A DNA stretch of 64,000 nt from a virus. Position numbers and translations under genes: made by a program. Under the pieces are notes generated by a model that did no database searches, was not told the origin of the DNA, and saw only the letters and a program-made list of their open reading frames with translations. Shown here piece after piece: positions 17,261 through 25,755 of the stretch (positions are counted from its first letter, which is position 1; each line of letters opens with the position of its first letter). Location: IMG/VR virus record IMGVR_UViG_3300045999_009829; one strand, given 5' to 3'.

Positions 17261-17297
17261 AAGTTGACTATATAACCTTTCTGGCTCAAGTCAACTT
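17261..17297 (-). promoter_or_regulatory. Sigma70-type promoter of the tRNA cluster (TTGACT-16-TATAGT), framed by an inverted repeat
   Basis: AAGTTGACT...AGTCAACTT immediately 5' of tRNA-Arg. Confidence 0.65.
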
Positions 17298-17564
17298 AAA
17301 ACACTGCATGGCTACAAGCGGATCGGTGGTTGGGCGTTGCACCATGGCATAGCGCTCGACTGAGCCGTCCAGTCCCTTGGTGACGTAGACCATAGCGGAC
17401 TGGCTACTGCCGTCGTGTGTCTTTACGGTTCGCTTGTAGCCGTATGGGGCATCGAGTCGGTCGTAGGTCCGCCCGTACTTTGTCTCAGTGATGTGCTTGG
17501 CGATCACGACTCGGCGGCCGTCAATGATCGTGTACTCTGGCTGGACGTATTCGCGGTTGATCAT
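17286..17564 (-). CDS. Hypothetical protein
   Basis: 92-aa ORF translationally coupled to the upstream gene. Confidence 0.55.
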   Translation of the reverse strand: MINREYVQPEYTIIDGRRVVIAKHITETKYGRTYDRLDAPYGYKRTVKTHDGSSQSAMVYVTKGLDGSVERYAMVQRPTTDPLVAMQCFKLT

Positions 17565-17565
17565 G

Positions 17566-18726
17566 TCATGTCACCTTCAATAGGATCATGTTTTCGTTGC
17601 TTCGGGCTTGCAGTGCGGTCGGCTTGAGCTTGTCTAGGATCTTGCCCAGGGCTCGCTTGCCAGCCTTAGAGATCTCTTCGATCAGCTTTTCGGGCTTCCT
17701 GCCGAGTCGGTACGACTTGCTTGCAGTTTCGTCGTAGTTCTTGAAGGATGACCCAGACACGTCGAAGGAGTTGCCTTCTGACCGCTTGAGGATCGTGAGT
17801 ACCATGTACTTAGTGTTCAGCATCATGAGCTCGTCCGACTCGAAGATCTTCTCTGGGTTGATGGAGACCAGACGGAGGTCCTTGCTCTCCTTCTGGAACT
17901 TGAAGTTCTTGAGTCGCTTTTCGGGCGGCGCCACCTTGCGGGCTCGAGGCACCCTCTGCTTCTTGGTGTTGCCGAGGTAGCGGTCAAACTCCTCCATCAG
18001 CTTCATATAGAACAGGTGAGCTTGCTTAACTTCAGTCTTGGTCCAGCTGGCATAGCCCTCAAGCAACTGGGGGTCTGCTCCCTTGGTGCTTATGACTCGA
18101 GCATGATGAAGCTTTGCAAATTCCTCTGCAATGGGCTTGAAGAATCGGATCATGTGAGGCACCAGGGCTGCAGATGCCTGCTTTTTGGTCAGCCAGTCGT
18201 ACACGGAGAAGGTCGGCGAGTAGCCATGGTCGTCGATCATCTTCTCGATCTCGTACATCAGATCAGATGCCTTGTCGGAGACTCGTGTCTGAATGCTGAC
18301 CGTGTGCTCAGTCTTGGCAGCCTTTACAGGCTCGAATGGGATCTTGGTGAATGCCTCGGCAAGGCGCTTCTCGAAAGCGTCCAGGGTGCGCTGCTTGAGC
18401 TTGACGCCACGAGACGCCATACGAGCAATCCATCCGATGTGGACAGGGAACCACACATCAGGGACCTGCTTTAGAAACTTGACATCGCCAGTCCTGCCGG
18501 AAGACTTTAGGTACCTTTCCGCATACTCACGGGCGTCGTCGCGAGAGCACACGGTGTTGTACCACAGCAGAGCCTTGGTGTACTCAGAGTCAGGCAGTTC
18601 AGAGTGGTGTGAGAGGGTGGGTTCGTCTCCCATCTGCTTCAAGTTAAGCAGGAACTCAGTCGTCTTAGACGTCTTGATCTTTCGGTCCTTGACCTTGGAC
18701 TGAATGTGGGATGGGAGACGAGCCAT
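17566..18726 (-). CDS. Conserved hypothetical protein of T4-like phages
   Basis: 386 aa; D.QL.EGY, S.NP.KI, NTKY..L, V.G....NYD...S...LGRKP and C-terminal R.NENMILLKV. Confidence 0.7.
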   Translation of the reverse strand: MARLPSHIQSKVKDRKIKTSKTTEFLLNLKQMGDEPTLSHHSELPDSEYTKALLWYNTVCSRDDAREYAERYLKSSGRTGDVKFLKQVPDVWFPVHIGWIARMASRGVKLKQRTLDAFEKRLAEAFTKIPFEPVKAAKTEHTVSIQTRVSDKASDLMYEIEKMIDDHGYSPTFSVYDWLTKKQASAALVPHMIRFFKPIAEEFAKLHHARVISTKGADPQLLEGYASWTKTEVKQAHLFYMKLMEEFDRYLGNTKKQRVPRARKVAPPEKRLKNFKFQKESKDLRLVSINPEKIFESDELMMLNTKYMVLTILKRSEGNSFDVSGSSFKNYDETASKSYRLGRKPEKLIEEISKAGKRALGKILDKLKPTALQARSNENMILLKVT

Positions 18727-18729
18727 CAG

Positions 18730-18990
18730 TTATACCTTTCCGCCTGGGTGGATCGTGAACGTGGTGGTCATGGAGTCCTCGGCAAGAAACCCTAGACCAC
18801 TTGAATTATCAACCGAGTCATCATCCTTGTCAACAAGGTTAAGCATCTTGCCGTCAAGTACAAAGCCGAGAGCCGCCAGCATGATCTCTAGCTTGTCGAA
18901 GATCTCACCGAGAGACTCCTCCTTGAGGTCAAAACTGAGCTGGAAATTCTCGTCGTTTCGGTAGAACGATAGTTGAACCAGTGTGGACAT
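18730..18990 (-). CDS. Hypothetical protein
   Basis: Start MSTLVQ with AAGGAG SD. Confidence 0.55.
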   Translation of the reverse strand: MSTLVQLSFYRNDENFQLSFDLKEESLGEIFDKLEIMLAALGFVLDGKMLNLVDKDDDSVDNSSGLGFLAEDSMTTTFTIHPGGKV

Positions 18991-19000
18991 ATTTGTCTCC

Positions 19001-19957
19001 TTAGGCCGCTTCGGCCATCTCGATTGCAGTCTCAAGCGCCCGAGTCTTGAGCACCTTATTGGAGCCGTACCAGGCGGACTGCAGTCGGGTGTCCGCCGTC
19101 TTGCCGGCAAGGTGGTCGGTGAGGTAGGTCACCGTGTTAAACAGCTGCCAGAAGCTGCCGCGAGCAAACTCGGCGCCGGGCTGAGTGTCGACCACACCGA
19201 GAGCCGTCTTGGCGGACTTGCTGATCTCCTTCTTGGAGTTCTCCGGTCCGGAGACCGGGAAGACCGACTTGAAGTAGTCCACCATGGAGTCGGCGGTGTA
19301 GCGCTTGGCGCCGAGGAACTTGGCCATCTCCTTGTACTTGGAGAGCTTCTCTTGGGCAACACCCAGCATCAACTTCACGTTGTCGCCGTCAAACTCGCGG
19401 CGGTGGCTGATCTTGACCATCCGCTCCACCTTGGTGTTCAGCGAGAGAGTCAGGGTGTTGTTGCAGACCACACGGATCGGGGTGAACCGCACGTCGGTCG
19501 AGCAGCCGTACTTGTGGAAGTTGGTGAAGTGGAGATAGGAATCCACACGGTCACCGCCGAACAGCTCGAAGCTGTCCTTGACCTTGGCGAGCGCCCACAC
19601 GATCTGACCGCCACGGAGCGAGCCAGCGGTGTGCATCTCCATGTCACCCTCTGCAATGAAGTCGTTGAAGAACTCGAACGCTTCCTGGTTCTGCACCGGG
19701 TTCCAGTCGTCGGAGACCACGTCCAGGACCTTGTTGTCCTCAGAGCGGACCAGGGCCGACCAGCCCACCGCGGTCTGCTTGCCAGCGATGTTGGCGAAGG
19801 CCGGGACCTTGGAGACTTCCCAGTCCAGACCAGCTTCGGCCAGGACCTGGTCGGGCGTCAGATCCGGAGAGATCTGCTTGCCCAGGCCGTGCCAGGGGGT
19901 TTCACCGACGAAGACCATCTTGGCCTTGCCGTTCACAACTTCAAGTTCGTGAGCCAT
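19001..19957 (-). CDS. DUF932/DUF945-family phage/plasmid protein
   Basis: TPWHGLG, AGLDW.V, PVQN.EAF.FF, TAGSL..G..VW.LA, TPIRVVCNNTL. Confidence 0.88.
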   Translation of the reverse strand: MAHELEVVNGKAKMVFVGETPWHGLGKQISPDLTPDQVLAEAGLDWEVSKVPAFANIAGKQTAVGWSALVRSEDNKVLDVVSDDWNPVQNQEAFEFFNDFIAEGDMEMHTAGSLRGGQIVWALAKVKDSFELFGGDRVDSYLHFTNFHKYGCSTDVRFTPIRVVCNNTLTLSLNTKVERMVKISHRREFDGDNVKLMLGVAQEKLSKYKEMAKFLGAKRYTADSMVDYFKSVFPVSGPENSKKEISKSAKTALGVVDTQPGAEFARGSFWQLFNTVTYLTDHLAGKTADTRLQSAWYGSNKVLKTRALETAIEMAEAA

Positions 19958-19989
19958 GGTATGTGTCCTCTGTTTCCGTTGACTTGTTG

Positions 19990-20020
19990 AATTTACACCG
20001 GTTTAAAAAGAAAGTCAACC
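19990..20020 (-). promoter_or_regulatory. Early promoter (TTGACT-17-TAAATT)
   Basis: Copy of the GGTTGACTTT motif upstream of DUF932. Confidence 0.6.
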
Positions 20021-20024
20021 GCTT

Positions 20025-20186
20025 TTATCGGCGGCTGAACGGCGAGTTGTCCTTGAACTCGACCGTATAGGAGTAGGCCATGGTCTCCTCGATGAACTCG
20101 AGAAGCCGCATGGCATCGGTGTAGTCTTCCCGCTGGTGCCGCTCGATGATCTTGCGGCCCTTCTTGATCAGGACTTCGTAGCGCAT
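20025..20186 (-). CDS. Small early hypothetical protein (53 aa)
   Basis: MRYEVLIKKGRKIIERHQREDY... with GAGGAG SD; below the ORF-track cutoff. Confidence 0.6.
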   Translation of the reverse strand: MRYEVLIKKGRKIIERHQREDYTDAMRLLEFIEETMAYSYTVEFKDNSPFSRR

Positions 20187-20198
20187 CTCTGCTTCTCC

Positions 20199-20375
20199 TC
20201 AGATGGAAATGAGACGCTTGACCATCGCCATCTCGGCGTCAGTCAGGGGCTTCTCAAACAGGGCGCCCTGGTGACCGACACGATCCGCCAGTCGGTAGAG
20301 CTCGTTGGCCTCGGCATCAAGCTTACAGCTCTTGGCAAGGTCGGTGATCTTGGTGGTCAGAGTATGGATATTCAT
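20199..20375 (-). CDS. Small early hypothetical protein (58 aa)
   Basis: MNIHTLTTKITDLAKSCKLDAEANELYRLADRVGHQG... with AAGGA SD and its own promoter. Confidence 0.6.
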   Translation of the reverse strand: MNIHTLTTKITDLAKSCKLDAEANELYRLADRVGHQGALFEKPLTDAEMAMVKRLISI

Positions 20376-20402
20376 GTAAGGTTTCCTTTTTTGTCACTAA
20401 CC

Positions 20403-20434
20403 ATTATACACAGGCTGAGAATAAAGTCAACCCC
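20403..20434 (-). promoter_or_regulatory. Early promoter (TTGACT-16-TATAAT)
   Basis: GGGGTTGACTTTATTCTCAGCCTGTGTATAAT. Confidence 0.75.
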
Positions 20435-20656
20435 TCACTTGTAGATCTTGGAGACGTAGAGCTGCCCGGTGAACATCTCGCGAGCCTCCATCTCCTCCAG
20501 GGTGATGCCGCGGCAAGCGATCTGGTTAAGGAAGTCACCCTTGTTGACCTTCACGAAGATGTGGGTGTTCAGGGTCTCCACCTCGACGAGGACATCGCCG
20601 CGGAACTTCTGGATCAGGCTGTAGAGGTCGGTCTTCATGTTGCATCCCTTGTTCAT
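20435..20656 (-). CDS. Small early hypothetical protein
   Basis: ORF directly below a promoter; may start at the internal MKTDL. Confidence 0.6.
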   Translation of the reverse strand: MNKGCNMKTDLYSLIQKFRGDVLVEVETLNTHIFVKVNKGDFLNQIACRGITLEEMEAREMFTGQLYVSKIYK

Positions 20657-20662
20657 AGTCTC

Positions 20663-20694
20663 TTTATACCCCTAGCCGCTTTAAAAGTCAACCG
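20663..20694 (-). promoter_or_regulatory. Early promoter (TTGACT-17-TATAAA), leftward
   Basis: CGGTTGACTTTTAAAGCGGCTAGGGGTATAAA. Confidence 0.75.
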
Positions 20695-20696
20695 GT

Positions 20697-20915
20697 ACAA
20701 AATCAATGACTTAGCCGTAAACCGTTGATCTATAACGGAAACTTTTTTAGAAAAAGATTTTGCGGCTACTATCGCGCTAAGCCATCCTAGTGGGTTTCCC
20801 ATCAGTCTAGCCGACTTAGATCGTTGGTAGCTGATTTTCCTGGCTAAACCATTGATTTTGTTGGTTTCCGCTCTAACCCATAGTCTAGCTAAACCATTGA
20901 AATCATTGACTTTTT
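20697..20915. repeat. AT-rich non-coding island with IHF-consensus-like repeats
   Basis: AATCAATGACTTA at 20701; direct repeat GCTAAACCATTGA at 20843 and 20888; TAAACCGTTGATC at 20718. Confidence 0.65.
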
Positions 20916-20978
20916 GTCCCAGGGGCGGGTGGACTGGCGGGCGCCCGATAGCCCTGTTACAAAACTGTGCCCGGGCCC

Positions 20979-21010
20979 GGGTTGACTTTAATCCCGAATA
21001 GGGGTATAAA
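20979..21010 (+). promoter_or_regulatory. Early promoter (TTGACT-17-TATAAA), rightward
   Basis: GGGTTGACTTTAATCCCGAATAGGGGTATAAA. Confidence 0.75.
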
Positions 21011-21036
21011 GGGACTATCAACACGGAGACAGACAG

Positions 21037-21213
21037 ATGACCACCCGGCAGTTGCGTATCAACAAGATCAAGGCCCTGCTTCAGACCATGTACCGCAACG
21101 GCCACAGCGGGCTTGAGGCTGAACTTGCCCAACTCCTCACCAAGAGCTGCAAGCAGTACGAGGCTGAATTCCAGCGGAAAAAGAATGCACGCCTCGCCGA
21201 ATTGAGGGGTTGA
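21037..21213 (+). CDS. Small early hypothetical protein (58 aa)
   Basis: MTTRQLRINKIKALLQTMYRNGHSGLEAELAQLL... with GGAG SD. Confidence 0.6.
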   Translation: MTTRQLRINKIKALLQTMYRNGHSGLEAELAQLLTKSCKQYEAEFQRKKNARLAELRG

Positions 21214-21238
21214 CTTTAATCTCGGTTTGGTATAGAGT
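21206..21238 (+). promoter_or_regulatory. Early promoter
   Basis: GGGGTTGACTTTAATCTCGGTTTGGTATAGAGT. Confidence 0.65.
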
Positions 21239-21267
21239 TCAATAGTCAAACAACGGAGACAGACATC

Positions 21268-22128
21268 ATGCCTCGCGGCGTTTACCAGCGGAAGCCCAAG
21301 ACCGAAAAGCTGCAGATCAACAAGATGCTGCAGGTCCAGATCGCCGAACCGGTGACTCAGGAGACCGACGAAGAGATCGAGAAGCGGCTCGAAGAGCGCT
21401 TTGAGGTCCTCCAGGAGCTGACCGACGCGGCTATCGCCAGCGACGTCAACGCCATGATCGTCTCGGGTCCTGCCGGCCTCGGCAAGTCCTTCACGGTCGA
21501 GCGGGCTCTGGAGAGCTGGGACCCCAACGGCACCAGCCACCGCATCGTCAAGGGCTACATTCGCGCCACGTCGCTCTACAAGCTGCTCTACCAGCACCGA
21601 GCTCGCGGTCAGGTCCTCGTGTTCGACGACGCTGACGACGTGTTCCTCGACGAGACGGCGCTCAACCTGCTCAAGGCTGCTCTCGACTCGAACGACCGTC
21701 GGATCATCTCCTACATGACCGAGGGCTCGCTGATTGACGACGAGACGGCCGAGCGGCTGCCCAAGTCGTTCCAGTTCGAGGGCACGGTGATCTTCGTCAC
21801 CAACTACGACTTCGACGGCATGATCGCTCGCGGCTCCAAGCTCGCGCCGCACCTGCAGGCGCTGGTGTCTCGGGCCCACTACGTCGACCTGGCGATGAAG
21901 ACCAAGCGAGACTACATGGTCCGCATCAAGCAGGTCATCCGTCAGGGCCTGCTGACCAACGTCGGCCTGTCCTCGACCGCTCAGGCCGAGGTCCTGGACT
22001 TCCTCGAGTCCAACCAGGACCGACTCCGTGAGCTCAGTCTCCGGATGGCGCTCAAGGTCGGCACCATCCGCCGCCGCTCTGAGTCCAACTGGCGCAAGGT
22101 GGCTCGTGTCACCTGCTGCCGTAACTGA
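21268..22128 (+). CDS. P-loop AAA+-like ATPase
   Basis: Walker A GPAGLGKS, Walker B VLVFDDAD, LLKAALD, F.F.G.VIFVTN, ALVSR. Confidence 0.85.
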   Translation: MPRGVYQRKPKTEKLQINKMLQVQIAEPVTQETDEEIEKRLEERFEVLQELTDAAIASDVNAMIVSGPAGLGKSFTVERALESWDPNGTSHRIVKGYIRATSLYKLLYQHRARGQVLVFDDADDVFLDETALNLLKAALDSNDRRIISYMTEGSLIDDETAERLPKSFQFEGTVIFVTNYDFDGMIARGSKLAPHLQALVSRAHYVDLAMKTKRDYMVRIKQVIRQGLLTNVGLSSTAQAEVLDFLESNQDRLRELSLRMALKVGTIRRRSESNWRKVARVTCCRN

Positions 22129-22140
22129 GGAGACAAAGAC

Positions 22141-22476
22141 ATGCTCAACGAAGAGAACCTTCTTGCCGCCGGATACAAGAAGTTCAACGACACCTTTAAG
22201 CGGGCGGCTGCCTCTTATCAAAAGCGTGTCCTGGTAGAAAAAGCAGATAATGAATGGCGCACCGAGTACTTCATTAATGTCTATCACTACAAGTTCGACC
22301 TGCCCGGACACTATCACGAGTCGTGGGAACTGAACATGGCGTTTGATCGCCACAGCAGGTTGGCGTCGTATGCATGGGTAAATTACAGTCTTGAGGCTGA
22401 TACTCCGGTCAACATGCTAGACCTGATTGCTGCTGATCTGTTTGTCGGTAACAACGGCAAGTCCTATGACGATTAG
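22141..22476 (+). CDS. Hypothetical protein
   Basis: 111-aa ORF with GAGGAG SD. Confidence 0.6.
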   Translation: MLNEENLLAAGYKKFNDTFKRAAASYQKRVLVEKADNEWRTEYFINVYHYKFDLPGHYHESWELNMAFDRHSRLASYAWVNYSLEADTPVNMLDLIAADLFVGNNGKSYDD

Positions 22477-22477
22477 C

Positions 22478-22508
22478 GGTTGACAGATCGGCAATCCCTT
22501 ATTATAAG
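22478..22508 (+). promoter_or_regulatory. Early promoter (TTGACA-17-TATAAG), probably giving a leaderless mRNA
   Basis: The -10 box ends 6 nt before ATG 22515 and there is no SD. Confidence 0.6.
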
Positions 22509-22514
22509 AGACCC

Positions 22515-23009
22515 ATGATCCACTTCAAATCCAAGAGGCGCTCTATTGGAGTTCGGGAGCCTAAGGTGTTCTCGAACCTCAACGAGTACTTGGCGGCGCT
22601 GCCCAAGGTGGAGCTAGAGTCTCGGGACTACCGCTACCTCAGCATGGCAGAGCAGTGGAGCCGACTCTCAACCCGTGGTCACCACAAGGTCGGCTGCGTC
22701 ATCGTGCAGAAGGGCGAGGTCGTCGGGACTGGCTTCAACGAGATCAAGACCCATCCCTTCCAGGCAAGGTGGAATCAGTTCAGCTCTTGCCTGCACGCCG
22801 AGATGTCTGCCCTGCTAAGCGCAATGCGAGTGCCTGACTTTCAGCCCGAGCGCTCTGTTGCCTACGTGTCTAGATACACCAAGAGGCGAGGAGTGCTTGG
22901 GTGCAGTTACCCGTGTCGGAGTTGCTGGTCGGCTCTTCGGCACGTGGGGATCAGGCGAGTCGTGTGCTACGACGAGTTGGACCGACCGACAAAGTTCATA
23001 GCGGAGTGA
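22515..23009 (+). CDS. Zn-dependent cytidine/dCMP-deaminase-fold protein
   Basis: KVGCVIV..G..VG.GFN, HAE, PCRSC. Confidence 0.8.
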   Translation: MIHFKSKRRSIGVREPKVFSNLNEYLAALPKVELESRDYRYLSMAEQWSRLSTRGHHKVGCVIVQKGEVVGTGFNEIKTHPFQARWNQFSSCLHAEMSALLSAMRVPDFQPERSVAYVSRYTKRRGVLGCSYPCRSCWSALRHVGIRRVVCYDELDRPTKFIAE

Positions 23010-23013
23010 TGAG

Positions 23014-23241
23014 ATGAGCAATATTGTTGAACGCCTCCGTGATCCATTTCCAAGTAACAGGGACATGGAACGTAAGGAAGCCGCTGATGAAATCGAACGC
23101 CTGCTAGAGATATTGACCAGTCTCATTGACGCTGTTGACTGGGCTAATTCTGCTCTCGCTCGGGGTGATGATGAGCAGTGGATCCATCATAATCTAATGA
23201 AGGCCGCGGGTAAGGCTAGAGAGGCATTAAAAAATGGATAA
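23014..23241 (+). CDS. Hypothetical protein
   Basis: IVERLR...EAADEIERL motif common in phage small proteins. Confidence 0.6.
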   Translation: MSNIVERLRDPFPSNRDMERKEAADEIERLLEILTSLIDAVDWANSALARGDDEQWIHHNLMKAAGKAREALKNG

Positions 23242-23422
23242 CACACCGTGGTCTGATGAGACCGTAGCTCGTCTCAATGAATACCAAAAGACGGGCACCT
23301 TTCATCCCTACACGTGTCCCGGTGACTACAAGGTCTGTGCAAACCAGCGAGAGCTGATTGCCACTACCAACGGCTGGGTTTGCGCATGCGGCAAGTACAC
23401 TCAGAAGTGGGCGAACATCTGA
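23234..23422 (+). CDS. Hypothetical protein (possible metal-binding)
   Basis: HPYTC...L.AT..GWVC.CG.Y.Q.WA. Confidence 0.6.
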   Translation: MDNTPWSDETVARLNEYQKTGTFHPYTCPGDYKVCANQRELIATTNGWVCACGKYTQKWANI

Positions 23423-23435
23423 AAAGGAGCCGATC

Positions 23436-23936
23436 GTGCCTGAGTTCATTGTGTGTGGAAAGTCGGAGGTAAAGAAGACGGCAAAGAAGTTTGCTGCTAC
23501 TCATCTTCTTAGCACTCTTGATCCTGGCGATTGGGTCTTCCGGCCGCCTCGGATTGATGGGCAGAACCACCTGCAGCTTTGGTTTGATGATGAGGAAGAC
23601 TTGACCAAGGCTAATGCACCCACGATTCAACACGCCAAGACTATCCTCGAGTGGGGTTCAAAGCTTCCGGAGGATGCCCGGGTAGTCGTGCACTGCTTTG
23701 CAGGTGCTTGTCGTAGTACTGCTATTGCTATGGCTCTTTGGCTCCAGCACAACGGAACAAAGGATCTTCAAGGCGCTGCTAAGTGGATCAAGGAAATTCG
23801 GCCGCAAGCGTGTCCCAACCTGCTGCTAGCTCAGCACTTTGATACACTGCTTGGACACGACGGTCAATTTGTTAGCCTATGTAGTGATGTAGGAATTGAT
23901 ACGATTAATCGGCAGTGGAAGATCAACAACCCATGA
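23436..23936 (+). CDS. Protein-tyrosine/dual-specificity phosphatase-like protein
   Basis: CX5R motif VHCFAGACRST and RP.A.PN; GTG start after AAGGAG. Confidence 0.85.
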   Translation: MPEFIVCGKSEVKKTAKKFAATHLLSTLDPGDWVFRPPRIDGQNHLQLWFDDEEDLTKANAPTIQHAKTILEWGSKLPEDARVVVHCFAGACRSTAIAMALWLQHNGTKDLQGAAKWIKEIRPQACPNLLLAQHFDTLLGHDGQFVSLCSDVGIDTINRQWKINNP

Positions 23937-24151
23937 GATACTGGTCATACAACGAGCAGACCGAGTCACTAGATGATGCAGTCGTGGTCACCGTGTCTGA
24001 GGATGAGATCCTTGACATGTACTGGGCCTGGTGGTATAGTAAGATGTGTGAGAAATTTGGACCTGAGGTAGTCTATCGTGACTACACCAAGCAAGACTGC
24101 ATCGACGATTGGGTTGTAAGTCGTTGGGCTTGGGAGGTCGAGAATAAATGA
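23933..24151 (+). CDS. Hypothetical protein
   Basis: SE.EIL..YW.WW...M...CIDDWVV..WA. Confidence 0.6.
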   Translation: MRYWSYNEQTESLDDAVVVTVSEDEILDMYWAWWYSKMCEKFGPEVVYRDYTKQDCIDDWVVSRWAWEVENK

Positions 24152-24351
24152 ATACCATGAAACTGACACCACAAAAGCTGACACAGTTTCTTGTGACTTA
24201 CTACACTGGTGGTTATCCATATCTCAAACTGGGTCAGGCATTCACCAACCAGTACACTACGATCGACTCCCTGCAAAACCTAACCGAAATACATACCATA
24301 CATGATGACGTTGAAGCTCTCAAGGTCATAGTTGCAAAGTACGTCAAATGA
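24148..24351 (+). CDS. Hypothetical protein
   Basis: Coupled 67-aa ORF; LGQAF.N. Confidence 0.5.
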   Translation: MNTMKLTPQKLTQFLVTYYTGGYPYLKLGQAFTNQYTTIDSLQNLTEIHTIHDDVEALKVIVAKYVK

Positions 24352-25088
24352 CAAAATACAGATCAATATTCATCTCCGACGTCCATCTCGGTACAATCTC
24401 CTGCAAGCACAAGCAGCTTCTCGAGTTCTTAAAGACTCTGGAGACTGAGCCGCCGGATAACCTATACCTCGTCGGAGACATCATTGATCTGTGGAAGCTA
24501 GGTAAGGGCTACTCGTGGAAGCCTGAACACAACACAGTGGTGCAAAAGCTACTTCGTCTAGCCAGAAAGGGTGTCAGGATTCACTACATCATCGGCAACC
24601 ATGACGAGTACTTTCGTTCGCTGCCAAAGGGCTTTCGATTCGGTGATATCGAGCTGCACTGGTCGATGGACTACATCACAGCCAACGGTAGAAGGTTTCT
24701 GATCATACACGGCGACCAGTACGACACGTTTCTGATACAGAATACGTTCATCGCCAAGCTTGGTTCGTTCGCGTATGACTGGCTTGTGGCATTGAACTCC
24801 TGCTTGTCCTTTATCAGGAGAAAGTTTGGGTTTGGCTACTGGTCTCTCTCACAGTACGTGAAGCTAAGAGCCAAGACCGCAACTAACGTTGTTGACATCT
24901 TCGAGAACACCATGTGTGACGCTATAAGGAAAGACGGATACGACGGTGTCATCTGCGGTCACATACACATGCCCAAGATAATGGAACGCGCAGACGGTTT
25001 CAAGTACATCAACTGCGGCGACTGGACAGAGTCATGCACTGCCGTTGCTGAAACGTATGATGGTAAGTTCGTACTACTGTATATATGA
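24348..25088 (+). CDS. LpxH/YbbF-like metallophosphoesterase (UDP-2,3-diacylglucosamine hydrolase family)
   Basis: FISDVHLG, LVGDIID.W, GNHDE, HGDQYD, ICGHIH, N.GDW.ES. Confidence 0.85.
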   Translation: MTKYRSIFISDVHLGTISCKHKQLLEFLKTLETEPPDNLYLVGDIIDLWKLGKGYSWKPEHNTVVQKLLRLARKGVRIHYIIGNHDEYFRSLPKGFRFGDIELHWSMDYITANGRRFLIIHGDQYDTFLIQNTFIAKLGSFAYDWLVALNSCLSFIRRKFGFGYWSLSQYVKLRAKTATNVVDIFENTMCDAIRKDGYDGVICGHIHMPKIMERADGFKYINCGDWTESCTAVAETYDGKFVLLYI

Positions 25089-25097
25089 GGGAATCCT

Positions 25098-25274
25098 ATG
25101 ACACCTGAAGAGATCCAACGGGCTCTTGACTACGACCTGTTTGTAGCCAGAGACAAGCGGACAGTCTTTCTACTGTCGGTCATCGTGTCGTTCTGTGATG
25201 ACAGCCAATGGTGGACACTGCCTCAGCACGTCAGAGATGCCGTCAACGAACTGAAGGAACTTAGCAATGCCTGA
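25098..25274 (+). CDS. Small hypothetical protein (58 aa)
   Basis: MTPEEIQRALDYDLFVARDK... with GAGG SD. Confidence 0.45.
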   Translation: MTPEEIQRALDYDLFVARDKRTVFLLSVIVSFCDDSQWWTLPQHVRDAVNELKELSNA

Positions 25275-25755
25275 ATTGATCATGCTTGTCGGACTGCCTG
25301 GCACCGGCAAGTCGACCTGGGTTCAGTCCCAGGGCTACTTTGAAAAGCCGGACTGGATGGTCCTATCGACCGACAACTTCATCGAATCTTGCATCATCGG
25401 CACGAACGACACATACAGCGCTGTGTTTCCGTCCCTGATCAGACTGGCAGAAAGGAACCTGGTGGAGGGACTTAACTACGCCTGCAGGGCTCGGATGAAC
25501 ATCGTGTGGGACCAGACCAACCTCTCTGCAGCCGGCCGAGCAAAGAAGCTCAAGCAGCTGCCCATCTGCTACAAGAAGACGGCCCGAGTGTTCCCCGTGC
25601 CGTCCAACCACTCTGAGTGGCTCAACTCGGAAGAGCGCTACGGTAAGGTCATCCCGCAGAACGTGCTTGACAGCATGCATGCCATCTTCGAGCAGCCCAC
25701 CATCTACGAGGGGTTTGATGAGATCATCACCCCGTACGTGTTCAGGGATCCCTGA
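25267..25755 (+). CDS. AAA_33/polynucleotide-kinase-like P-loop protein
   Basis: LVGLPGTGKSTW, LSTD, IVWDQTNL...R, P...EGFDEI. Confidence 0.82.
   Translation: MPELIMLVGLPGTGKSTWVQSQGYFEKPDWMVLSTDNFIESCIIGTNDTYSAVFPSLIRLAERNLVEGLNYACRARMNIVWDQTNLSAAGRAKKLKQLPICYKKTARVFPVPSNHSEWLNSEERYGKVIPQNVLDSMHAIFEQPTIYEGFDEIITPYVFRDP

Noticed and set aside
20653-22353. 566-aa - strand ORF
   Set aside because: It is the antisense shadow of the GC3-biased AAA ATPase, crosses promoters and the non-coding island, and has no recognisable motifs.
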